Source of the DNA: Candidatus Hydrogenedentota bacterium
GTDB lineage: Bacteria > Hydrogenedentota > Hydrogenedentia > Hydrogenedentales > GCA-2746185
Direction: 5' to 3'
Length of the DNA: 35,345 bases
Assembly (NCBI GenBank): GCA_046583315.1
Contig: JAYGCN010000280.1
Coordinates: forward strand, 1 to 35,345
Part shown: piece after piece, positions 17,999 through 26,743 of the stretch
How the letters are laid out: each line of letters starts with the position of its first letter
Position numbering within the stretch: position 1 is the first letter of the stretch
The notes under the pieces: generated by a model
Database searches by the model: none
What the model saw: the letters and a program-made list of their open reading frames with translations, nothing else
Told to the model about the DNA's origin: nothing
Position numbers and translations under genes: made by a program

Positions 17999-20254
17999 TT
18001 AATCCGTTTTTCCAAGGTCAGGAATAAATCCGAGCGAGGTCTCCACCCAATTCCCGCAGCTACATCCGCCCCCACCTTCGGGCGCGAGTATCATGCCACC
18101 AGACGGCACAACGCTGAGCCAGCAACTCGGACGCAGGTTCATCCAACTGGTAACTTCCCCGGTTTCGATGTCCCACATGGCCACGCGCCGATCTTCACCA
18201 CGATAAATGAGCGCATCCGAGGTCGCAGCGACCGTCGCGCACCCTTCACGACGACCCATGTCATCACGAATGACTTCGCCCGTGCGCATGTCGTAACCAA
18301 TCGGCTCAAGAAACGCGATGTCCCCGACAATAGCAGGATGCAACATGTGCGATCCGTGATTGTCGTTCGACCATTTGTGGGTGCTGTGCCAAATTTCAGA
18401 ACCGTCTTTCGCCGAATACCCATAGAAATGATAATTCCCGTTCAGCGAAGAGGTCAGCAATAATTTTTCTCTCGTATAAGTGAGGAAGAAGACGACAACG
18501 CCATCTTCCGTATCAATCGCTTCTTCCCAAACAACGTTTCCGCTTTTCGCATCCAGCGCCACGAGATACTGCTTCTCCCACAGCTCAGGAATTTCGATAC
18601 GTCCGGTTTCCGCAGCAAGCACGTCGACATGGCGCGACTCAACGAAGTAAATCACGCCATCAGCCATCGATACCGTCGAGTTGATGATCATGCCGTTCTT
18701 GTATTCCCAGCTAGCGGCATCCGCACCCTTATCGTAGGCAAACAGCGAGTCACTGCACACTTTGAAGGTACCCGCCCCTGAAGTCGCGTCATACCAGGCA
18801 GGCCCACCCCAATACGTCGTATACGCCGAGTTGCGTTTCACCGCGCTCCCGAAAATCTGGCCCTCCGCCTGCATCATGATGCCCCATTCATGACTATCAC
18901 GCGTCGAAGTGTCGGGTAGTTTATAGATATGCTCCAAAGCACCCGTCTGCGCATCAATTCCCCACCCAGTTTCTTCAATCGCGATAAATACCTGCTCCTC
19001 ATCCGCACACCAATTCGCCGCATCACGAGGAATATTCACCCGACGCAGTCCCGGCACTTCAAGCATCCACAACATCGCGCCATTGTAGGCATCAAGACCA
19101 CAGACCCGATTGAGTCCCTGATGAAACAGGCGACCATTGATGGACAACGGGGCAGGCATCCGCGGATTCCGGTCAATCCCGAAGTCTGCACCAGGACGTC
19201 CCAGCCATTGCACACGCATTTCATTCGTTTTTCCCGCACCCGATAAAGTATCTCCGCTGTTCGACGTGTTCGCCGCATCACCATACTGATGAGACCACGA
19301 TCCCGCGCCAGGCAGTGGCGGTGCTATCGCCTTGGCCCAGAGTCCATCATCCGATTTCTCCACCGAAAATGTTTCCCCTACCACACCAAGCCAATCATTC
19401 AGATTCTTTTCGTCCACTCCACTGCTCGCCGAAGTCGGACGGCCTATCAACGCAACGCCGCCACCCGGCCGTGTCACGCGCGACACCTCAATAGGACTTC
19501 CCGGCATCGAACTAGACGTCAACGCACGGTCCGATACAACCAAGTTGGCATAATGCGAAGTAAAAGGCAGTTCATCGAGCGACTCCACCGTATGCAACGT
19601 CACGCGATCACCGTAAAGTCCAGTTTTACTAAGTATCGCACGCCCCTCGGCAGTAACCTTGGCATCGGTATCAACCCCCTGCACGATGAGCTGACTCCGT
19701 TTCGCCAGTTCAAAGGCAAGCTGACCTTTTCCAGCGCCATAGACCAGACAATAACCCGCCGTAATGCCCGTCTCCACAAGAATCTGGTCAGCAGCCTCGG
19801 CATACATTTTCGAAGTCGCGTCGACTCCATACGGATTCAGGTCTGCATCGATTGGAGTCATCGTATAATTAAAAGTAGTATCGAAGGAATAGTCGACGCT
19901 AGTAGTCGTCTTTCCCTGATTCAAGGTATCCACGCTATAAAGGTATACCGTGTCCGGTGTCAGATTCTTGATGGCCAGTTCATGCCGCGTCTTCGGTGTC
20001 GCGTCTTCCAGATGAACACGTTCACCACTACCAGATCCATAACTCAAAACCGAAGGTCCCGGCACTTCAGTAATCCACGATACGGTCGCTTCGCCGGGAA
20101 CCGTGTATTGCACATAAGGTCGAATCGTGAGCTCCGAAGCCTTGTCCAGGCGTTTTCCTTCCGGACCAATTTGCGCCTGAGCCACCCAGGCCGAGGCGAG
20201 CACAAAAGCCGCAATCGCATTGGTCACGAATCGTATTCTCAGCTTCATAAACAA
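17999..20254 (-). CDS. Secreted multidomain protein: FN3/purple-acid-phosphatase N-like domain, class I methyltransferase-like fold, PQQ-like propeller
   Basis: ATVSW...HELAIKNLTPDTVYLYSV; GYCLVYGAGKG...LPF...ANLVV...RVTRPGGG; WSHQYGD; LDAYNG..LW; Cys-rich C-terminus (EGCA, RPSCW, GGGCSC). Confidence 0.82.
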   Translation of the reverse strand: MFMKLRIRFVTNAIAAFVLASAWVAQAQIGPEGKRLDKASELTIRPYVQYTVPGEATVSWITEVPGPSVLSYGSGSGERVHLEDATPKTRHELAIKNLTPDTVYLYSVDTLNQGKTTTSVDYSFDTTFNYTMTPIDADLNPYGVDATSKMYAEAADQILVETGITAGYCLVYGAGKGQLAFELAKRSQLIVQGVDTDAKVTAEGRAILSKTGLYGDRVTLHTVESLDELPFTSHYANLVVSDRALTSSSMPGSPIEVSRVTRPGGGVALIGRPTSASSGVDEKNLNDWLGVVGETFSVEKSDDGLWAKAIAPPLPGAGSWSHQYGDAANTSNSGDTLSGAGKTNEMRVQWLGRPGADFGIDRNPRMPAPLSINGRLFHQGLNRVCGLDAYNGAMLWMLEVPGLRRVNIPRDAANWCADEEQVFIAIEETGWGIDAQTGALEHIYKLPDTSTRDSHEWGIMMQAEGQIFGSAVKRNSAYTTYWGGPAWYDATSGAGTFKVCSDSLFAYDKGADAASWEYKNGMIINSTVSMADGVIYFVESRHVDVLAAETGRIEIPELWEKQYLVALDAKSGNVVWEEAIDTEDGVVVFFLTYTREKLLLTSSLNGNYHFYGYSAKDGSEIWHSTHKWSNDNHGSHMLHPAIVGDIAFLEPIGYDMRTGEVIRDDMGRREGCATVAATSDALIYRGEDRRVAMWDIETGEVTSWMNLRPSCWLSVVPSGGMILAPEGGGGCSCGNWVETSLGFIPDLGKTD

Positions 20255-20274
20255 CCCTTCCAGGTTTTGACTAT

Positions 20275-21585
20275 CTAACTACGCGCCGCACGAATCACAA
20301 TCGCGCCACTAATCGCGACCACGAGCAACACCGCTATCGTTATCAATATTCTTCCAGTCGGCGCATCGGCATTGATTGAGTCCGTCGCAGCGAATACATC
20401 ACCGTATAAACTCTTCCCTTCTGCAGGGTCTAACGCGTCCGTAGCAGCTTGCGCCAAAATCAACTTATCCACCGGTGCACGACTCGCGTCCCCATCAAAC
20501 AGCGAGTCATCAAGAGCCGCCAGCTGCACCGAGTTGTCGTCCAAAATATTCTGATCCCTCGAATCAAACTCAACAACCGACTCGCTGTACGCAAACGACA
20601 TCTTCGAACTGACCGCCGCATCAGGATTCTTCGTATCACTCCCACTGTTCAAGCGATTCTTCTGCCCCTTAGCAACGGTCATGCTGATTTCCATCTTCGT
20701 GCGCGGATTTTCCGGATCGAATCCAAGCGAAGCGGACACCCTTTCCTGGATTTCATCGGTCCATTTCAACGGAATCATCGTTCCCTGCATCCAGCTACGA
20801 TCCAAGCCGCATTCGCAATCAGCACCGATGACCGTCAGATAACTGCTCAGTCGCTCTTCAGTGATCGCCTCACCCTTCAGCACCGGACCCATCTGCCGTC
20901 CACGCCCATACAAGATAACGGCATGAGCCGAATCCGCCGTCGCGGGATCAACACCCAGACTCCACAGTAGTAATTTTTCGTCTTCGTACTGATCGCGCGT
21001 AACGACCTGCACCACCGGAGGATTCGCAATCGCCTTCGGTAACATCTTCATGCGCGTGTGAATTTTCCGCACCGAACGCGTCGCAGCATCCCGAACGGAT
21101 TCGTTCTCATCCGCATCCGGCCCTTCAATCACCAACACAACACCATAATGATTCGTCACCTGTTCCAGCAAGGTCTCCCGAAGTGGTGATTGCGTCAGCG
21201 CGTCCAATTGCGACTCAAAATTCCCGTCGGTCAACACCATGCGATGCGAATACCCTTTCGGAGACACCATGATTGCGGAAGGATAGGCATTGAGCGTGAT
21301 GCCTTTAAGCAGATGCATGCCCGGCTTGCCAGCGTCAGAGTCCACATTCAGCATGGTCACATCAATATTCGAATCAAGCAGCTCCATGAACAAAGCATCA
21401 TCCAGGGACGTTTTTAGATCATCAGCAATCGAATCATTCACATAGATATACAACCGATAAGGCATCGTCTTCAAATCGACGAAACCAACATCACGCACGT
21501 TGTATTCGCAGGCCACAGCGACAGACTGCGAGATACAAAGCATCGCAGCAACAACAATCGTTAAAATTCGACTCGAACTAATCAT
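20275..21585 (-). CDS. Hypothetical exported Cys-motif protein with C-terminal membrane anchor
   Basis: Signal peptide ending AVA then CEYNVRDVGFVDL; LYGRGR; IGADCECGLD; C-terminal hydrophobic helix. A thioredoxin-like fold is a guess. Confidence 0.75.
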   Translation of the reverse strand: MISSSRILTIVVAAMLCISQSVAVACEYNVRDVGFVDLKTMPYRLYIYVNDSIADDLKTSLDDALFMELLDSNIDVTMLNVDSDAGKPGMHLLKGITLNAYPSAIMVSPKGYSHRMVLTDGNFESQLDALTQSPLRETLLEQVTNHYGVVLVIEGPDADENESVRDAATRSVRKIHTRMKMLPKAIANPPVVQVVTRDQYEDEKLLLWSLGVDPATADSAHAVILYGRGRQMGPVLKGEAITEERLSSYLTVIGADCECGLDRSWMQGTMIPLKWTDEIQERVSASLGFDPENPRTKMEISMTVAKGQKNRLNSGSDTKNPDAAVSSKMSFAYSESVVEFDSRDQNILDDNSVQLAALDDSLFDGDASRAPVDKLILAQAATDALDPAEGKSLYGDVFAATDSINADAPTGRILITIAVLLVVAISGAIVIRAARS

Positions 21586-22235
21586 TTTTTCGTTCCCTTA
21601 TGTATTTGCCCGTCGCTCAAGTATACCGTATGCGAGACATAGTCGTCATCTACCTCCGCATGAGTGGCCACAAGCACCGTTCCGCCCTCCTGCGCATAGT
21701 CAAACAGCGACCGCATCACTATTTCCGCGTTCTCCGGATCGAGATTACCCGTGGGCTCATCTGCCAACACCAATTTAGGCCGTTTCACCAATGCCCTCGC
21801 AATCGCAGCCCGTTGACGTTCCCCCGCACTCAACTCCGAAGGCCGATGATGACTCCGGGAGGTCAACCCGAATCGCTCAACTATCGCTTCACACGCGTCG
21901 GCACCCGCTGGATTCGCAAGTCGAACATTCTCCAGCACGCTCAGATAAGGAATCAGATGAAACATCTGGAAAACGAATCCAATATTTTCGTTTCGGTACG
22001 CCGCGCGTGCACGACCCGACATCGCGTATAAATCCTGACCATCAAGTGTCACGCAGCCCCCGCTCGGCTTTAACATCGCCCCCGCGGCAAGCAATAGAGT
22101 CGTTTTACCACTTCCACTCGGCCCCTTGAGCGCGACGAGAGAATTCGGGGAAAGGGAAAGCGACACCGCGTCGAGCGCGGACACCGCCCCCTTCTTCGTC
22201 GTATAGTGTTTGCTGAGCTTCTGAATATCGAGCAT
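21582..22235 (-). CDS. ABC transporter ATP-binding protein, LolD/MacB-like
   Basis: GPSGSGKT, IGFVFQ, LSAGERQR, LADEPTGNLD, VATH. Confidence 0.95.
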   Translation of the reverse strand: MLDIQKLSKHYTTKKGAVSALDAVSLSLSPNSLVALKGPSGSGKTTLLLAAGAMLKPSGGCVTLDGQDLYAMSGRARAAYRNENIGFVFQMFHLIPYLSVLENVRLANPAGADACEAIVERFGLTSRSHHRPSELSAGERQRAAIARALVKRPKLVLADEPTGNLDPENAEIVMRSLFDYAQEGGTVLVATHAEVDDDYVSHTVYLSDGQIHKGTKK

Positions 22236-22236
22236 C

Positions 22237-23382
22237 TCAGTCTTCCCTCAAACAATCCGCCGGATCTTCAGACACAGCAATCGCGGTCGGTATCAAACTA
22301 CACACCGCGGCAAACAACGGCGCGAACACGATTACGCGAATCAGTTGCGTGTAGTCCGCTTCGATGGCACCCGCCGTCACTTCAAAAATGCCCGGACCCA
22401 GTCGCAGCGCAAGAGCGGTTCCCACGAGAAATCCCAACACGGCACCCGTCAGTCCGAGCATCAACGCCTTGCCGAGAAATAATGCGGCGATACGTCCCAT
22501 GCCATAACCCAGCGCCCGAAATACGCCAATTTCCTGCCGCCGATCACGCACGTTCAACATGGCCAGTACACCAATCCACAACGCACATCCCGTAACCACG
22601 ACATACATCGTAAAAGTAAAGTATTTCTCCGCCATGATGCGTTGTTTCTCGCGTGCCTGAGCAATTCCGCGCAGTTGAATCACTTTCGCCTCAGGCATCA
22701 GTTTCGCTAATTCAGCACGCAACACATCAATCGAGTCAACATTCGGATCGCGACACAAACATTCCAACGCCTGAATCTCGTTGACGCGTCCCTCAAGACC
22801 AAGCACACGCTGGGCATCCGAAAGATGCACATAGACCCGCACATCTTCCTGACTGCCCTGCTCCGTCATCTTCTGCGCCACACGAAACTCTTCGCCTTCG
22901 ATAGTCACCTTGTCCCCCACGTCCCGGCCAAGTTTCCGCGCAACATGAAAACCCAGATACACCGTCCCCGGATCAATCGAAAATATCATCGGTTTCTTCT
23001 GACCATCCGGGGGCGCGACCTCCGAATCGATCCCGGTCAACATCGCGGGCACATTCTCGATGGCGATCTGCTGTTGCAGCGTCGCAAGCAAATGACGATA
23101 CGAAAGCCCCTCCTGCTCAGCAAATCGATACACATATTCATGAGGAATCGTCTCGGTCGCATACCCCTGCGCCCAAAATTCCGTCTCTTCCGTTTGCGCA
23201 GGAATGATTCGCAGATTAAATCCCAAATCGCGCATCAAACGCGTCGTCTCGCGATCCGCCGCAGTGCCCGTCGTGTGAAATCCAACATACAAGGCCACAG
23301 CAACCGTCGTGGCCAGCAGCCCGAGTAGCGCGTTCACTTTACGCAGGCCAATTTCTTTTAGAATGAGGTGCACAATGGGCAT
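22237..23382 (-). CDS. ABC transporter permease, FtsX-like
   Basis: One N-terminal and three C-terminal TMs; NVRDRRQEIGVFRALG; DPA-x-x-LRE; periplasmic ALECLC. Start assumed at ATG 23382. Confidence 0.9.
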   Translation of the reverse strand: MPIVHLILKEIGLRKVNALLGLLATTVAVALYVGFHTTGTAADRETTRLMRDLGFNLRIIPAQTEETEFWAQGYATETIPHEYVYRFAEQEGLSYRHLLATLQQQIAIENVPAMLTGIDSEVAPPDGQKKPMIFSIDPGTVYLGFHVARKLGRDVGDKVTIEGEEFRVAQKMTEQGSQEDVRVYVHLSDAQRVLGLEGRVNEIQALECLCRDPNVDSIDVLRAELAKLMPEAKVIQLRGIAQAREKQRIMAEKYFTFTMYVVVTGCALWIGVLAMLNVRDRRQEIGVFRALGYGMGRIAALFLGKALMLGLTGAVLGFLVGTALALRLGPGIFEVTAGAIEADYTQLIRVIVFAPLFAAVCSLIPTAIAVSEDPADCLRED

Positions 23383-23591
23383 AGAATTATCCGAATGACA
23401 TCCAGAATGAATTGTAACAACTGCACGTCGCGGGTTTCCAAGTGCCACAACCCTTTCTTTCGATTTTCACGCTCATGTATACTAAACGACCCAGGGCGCG
23501 CTGTAGATAACACAGGGTTTTTAAAAATCATGACGAGTGTTGAGGTGTTTTCGAGACCAATACGACTACGCGCAGGTATCAGGAGCCTAGC

Positions 23592-24335
23592 GTGGAGCCA
23601 CTAAGTGATGAAGAGAAGGCAATCTACGATTGGCAGCTACCCGTTCGGGGTTTCGGCGAAGAAGGTCAGACACGCCTCAAAAATGCGACCGCGCTGATCT
23701 CACGCATTGGCGGTCTCGGCGGCCCCGTCGCACTCGAACTCGCCGCTGCGGGTATCGGAAAACTGATCCTCGCCCATGGGGGCACCCTCAAACCCAGCGA
23801 TCTCAACCGACAGATTCTGATGACCCATGCGAGTCTCGGCCAATCACGCGTCGCCACCGCCAAACAACGCCTGCTCGACCTGAATCCCCGTATGGAAATC
23901 CAGGCCGTCGATTCAAACATCAACGAAAGTAACGCAGCAGATCTGGTGGCCCAAGCCGACATCGTATTCGATTGCGCTCCCCTCTTCGAAGAACGTTTCC
24001 TGATGAATCGCGAGTGCGTCAAGCAAAACAAGCCCCTTGTCGATGCCGCGATGTACAGTCTGGAAGGACAAGTCACCACAATCATTCCCGGAAAAACAGC
24101 ATGCCTTCAATGTATCTTCCCCGACATTCCGCCCACCTGGAAACGCAAGTTCCCCGTCTTCGGAGCCGTATCCGCCACCGCCGCTGGTTTCGCCACCATG
24201 GAAGGCATCAAAGTCATCGCAGGCATGCAACCCGCACTCGCAGGCAAGATGCTGTACTTCGATTTGGAAAACATGACGACACGCAAGATTCCAACAACAC
24301 GCCGTGTAGACTGTCCCATTTGCGGTACGCTATAA
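23592..24335 (+). CDS. HesA/MoeB/ThiF family E1-like adenylyltransferase (HesA-like)
   Basis: GFGEEGQ-x-RLK, SRIGGLGG, SDLNRQIL, CLQC and CPIC zinc ligands, FPVFGAV; AGGAG RBS before GTG. Confidence 0.9.
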   Translation: MEPLSDEEKAIYDWQLPVRGFGEEGQTRLKNATALISRIGGLGGPVALELAAAGIGKLILAHGGTLKPSDLNRQILMTHASLGQSRVATAKQRLLDLNPRMEIQAVDSNINESNAADLVAQADIVFDCAPLFEERFLMNRECVKQNKPLVDAAMYSLEGQVTTIIPGKTACLQCIFPDIPPTWKRKFPVFGAVSATAAGFATMEGIKVIAGMQPALAGKMLYFDLENMTTRKIPTTRRVDCPICGTL

Positions 24336-24389
24336 TTTCAGTTTCCACCACCAAAAAATATTCTGTTGTGTTCATAGGAGCCACATCCC

Positions 24390-25886
24390 ATGCGAGGACC
24401 CATCATTCCGCTGCTCTTCAGCGTGTTTCTGATAGCGGTACTCGTGTTTATGATGGGCGACCGAAGCGGGAATCGACTCGCACAAACAACGCTTCTCGTC
24501 CATTGCGCAGCCGGCATCCGTCCTCCCGTCGAAGAAGCCGCAAAAGCCTACGAAGAAGAATTCGGTGTCACCGTCCAGTTCAACTACGCCGGTTCCGGTG
24601 CCCTGCTCAGCTCCCTCAAGACCCGTAATCAAGGCGACATCTATATCGCCGCCGACTCCTCCTACACCGACCTCGCGCGAGAAGCCGGAATCGTCAGTGA
24701 AGCACTGCCCGTCGCAACGCAGCGCCCAACCATCGCCGTGCCTAAAGGCAACCCCAAAGGCATCACAGGCATCGACGAACTACTCAAAGACGGCATACGC
24801 ATCGCCTTCGCCAATCCAGATGCAGCATCAGTCGGTAAAACTTCCAAAAAACTGCTGACCTCCATCGGAAAATGGCAAGCCATCAACGATGCCGTCACCG
24901 CCAACGGGGTCTTCAAACCCACCGTCAACGAAGTCGCGAACGATGTTAAACTCGGAACCGTAGACGCAGGCATCATCTGGAACGTCACCGTGAACCAGTA
25001 CCCCGAACTCGAAGCCGTCCCGCTCGAAAACGCGGACAACTTCGCCAAAAACGTAACCATCGGCATCATGACCCAATCGAAACAGCCCGCCGAAGCCCTG
25101 CGATTCGCGCGCTATCTCACCGCACCCGAAAAAGGCATCCCCATCTTCAAGAAATACGGCTTTCCCGTAATCCCAGGCGACACCTGGACCGTCAACCCGG
25201 AAATTCTCTACTACAGCGGCGGCGTGAACCGCATCGCCATAGAAGAAACCCTCGCCAAATTCCAAAAACGCGAAGGCGTATCCATCACGACCGTCTACAA
25301 CGGCTGCGGCATCCTGCTCGGTCAAATCAAAACCGGCGGACGCCCGGATCTATACCACACCTGCGATATTTCCTTCATGAACGGCGTCGAAGAGCATTTC
25401 GGCACGCCCCTCGCACTCTCCAAGACGCAAATCGTCATCCTCGTGCCCAAAGGAAATCCCCGAAACATCCAATCCCTGAGAGATCTCACGCTCCCCTCCC
25501 TGCAATTGGGTCTATGCAACGAAGAACAAAGCACTCTGGGTTCAATGACCGCCGATCTCCTGCACGCCGCCAACATCTACGAAGCCGTGCAAAAAAATGT
25601 CGTCGTCAATACACCCACCGCCGACCTGCTGACCACGCAATTATCCGTCGGCAAACTCGACGCGGCGGTCGTCTATCAGGCAAACGCAATGCAAGTGGCA
25701 GACGTGACCGATACAATTTCAATCAATCAAAACGGGGCCGTAGCAACGCAAACCATCGCCATCGCACAAACAACCAAGTACCCCGCAATCCTTACACGCC
25801 TCAATGCCGCGCTCCAGCACACCGAATCCCGCGAACGCTTCCTGCAAAGCGGTTTCGAGTGGATCAGTCAGGACAACGCTTCATGA
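24390..25886 (+). CDS. ModA-like oxyanion-binding protein with two tandem binding modules
   Basis: Module 1: CAAG..YAGSGAL..DIYIAAD..KGNP..ANPDAASVG..DAGIIW. Module 2: SGG..YNGCGIL..DLYHTCD..KGNP..STLG..DAAVVY. N-terminal hydrophobic anchor. Confidence 0.85.
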   Translation: MRGPIIPLLFSVFLIAVLVFMMGDRSGNRLAQTTLLVHCAAGIRPPVEEAAKAYEEEFGVTVQFNYAGSGALLSSLKTRNQGDIYIAADSSYTDLAREAGIVSEALPVATQRPTIAVPKGNPKGITGIDELLKDGIRIAFANPDAASVGKTSKKLLTSIGKWQAINDAVTANGVFKPTVNEVANDVKLGTVDAGIIWNVTVNQYPELEAVPLENADNFAKNVTIGIMTQSKQPAEALRFARYLTAPEKGIPIFKKYGFPVIPGDTWTVNPEILYYSGGVNRIAIEETLAKFQKREGVSITTVYNGCGILLGQIKTGGRPDLYHTCDISFMNGVEEHFGTPLALSKTQIVILVPKGNPRNIQSLRDLTLPSLQLGLCNEEQSTLGSMTADLLHAANIYEAVQKNVVVNTPTADLLTTQLSVGKLDAAVVYQANAMQVADVTDTISINQNGAVATQTIAIAQTTKYPAILTRLNAALQHTESRERFLQSGFEWISQDNAS

Positions 25887-26737
25887 CCGAGGACGCACCA
25901 AAACCATCTACACCTCAACAGCCAAAGCGACGGGTACGCTCCGACCTTCCCTTCTTAGCGGGACTCTGCATTCTCAGCTCAACCTACATCTTTCTCATTC
26001 TCGCCATGCTCATCGCGGACGCATCCTATACCTCACCCGACGACCTCATGGCCGCCCTGAAATCCCCCGAAATACAATTCGCCATCAAACTCAGCCTCAT
26101 CAGCTGCACCATTACCACCATTTTGTCCCTATGGGTCGCCGTGCCCATCGGCTACCTCATGTCACGATACCAATTTCGAGGAAAAGGCCTGCTCGACGCC
26201 ATACTCGATATCCCCATCGTCCTGCCCCCACTCGTTGTCGGACTGAGTCTGCTGATTCTATTCTCAACCAGACCCGGCACCTTCGTCGAAAACGCCTTCG
26301 AAAATATTACCGGTGCCCGAATCACTTACGCCGCCGCCGGAGTCATCCTCGCACAATTCATGGTCGCCTGCGCATTCGCCGTACGCACCATGCGCGCCAC
26401 CTTCGAAGAAATCACCACACGCCGCGAGCAAGTCGCACTCACCCTGGGCTGTTCCCGAAGCCAGGCCTTCTGGATGGTCTCCCTCCCCGAGGCACGCTCC
26501 GGTCTCGTCGTCGCCGCCACCCTTGCCTGGGCACGCTCACTCGGCGAATTCGGCCCGATACTAATATTTGCCGGGGCGACACGCATGAAAACCGAAGTGT
26601 TGCCCACCACCGTCTTCCTCGAAATGAGCGTCGGAAATATCGAAGGCGCGGTAGCGGTATCCCTGCTCATGATTGTCTCCGCCATGACAGTGCTCGGTCT
26701 CGTGCGCCTCTTCGGATCAGAAAGGTTCGTCCGGTAA
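25883..26737 (+). CDS. Molybdate/sulfate-type ABC permease (ModB-like)
   Basis: DIPIVLPPLVVG, AWARSLGEFG, TEVLPT; ATG at 25883 overlaps the upstream TGA. Confidence 0.9.
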   Translation: MTEDAPKPSTPQQPKRRVRSDLPFLAGLCILSSTYIFLILAMLIADASYTSPDDLMAALKSPEIQFAIKLSLISCTITTILSLWVAVPIGYLMSRYQFRGKGLLDAILDIPIVLPPLVVGLSLLILFSTRPGTFVENAFENITGARITYAAAGVILAQFMVACAFAVRTMRATFEEITTRREQVALTLGCSRSQAFWMVSLPEARSGLVVAATLAWARSLGEFGPILIFAGATRMKTEVLPTTVFLEMSVGNIEGAVAVSLLMIVSAMTVLGLVRLFGSERFVR

Positions 26738-26743
26738 CCCACG

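Noticed and set aside
17009..20278. Long plus-strand ORFs (484 aa and 329 aa)
   Set aside because: Arg/His-rich antisense shadows of the propeller genes, with no recognisable motifs.
23383..23591. Moco/Wco riboswitch or ModE box upstream of the HesA-Mod operon
   Set aside because: I found no recognisable Moco RNA motif or TATAT-N7-TAYAT box, only short inverted repeats. An Rfam scan would settle it.
23592..24335. RiPP (microcin C-like) or ubiquitin-like defence interpretation of the ThiF-family gene
   Set aside because: No precursor peptide, RRE domain, E2, JAB or Ubl gene is nearby; the context is an anion importer.
25514..25882. N-terminal extension of the ModB-like ORF
   Set aside because: Overlaps the ModA-like gene out of frame; ATG at 25883 gives a standard ATGA coupling.
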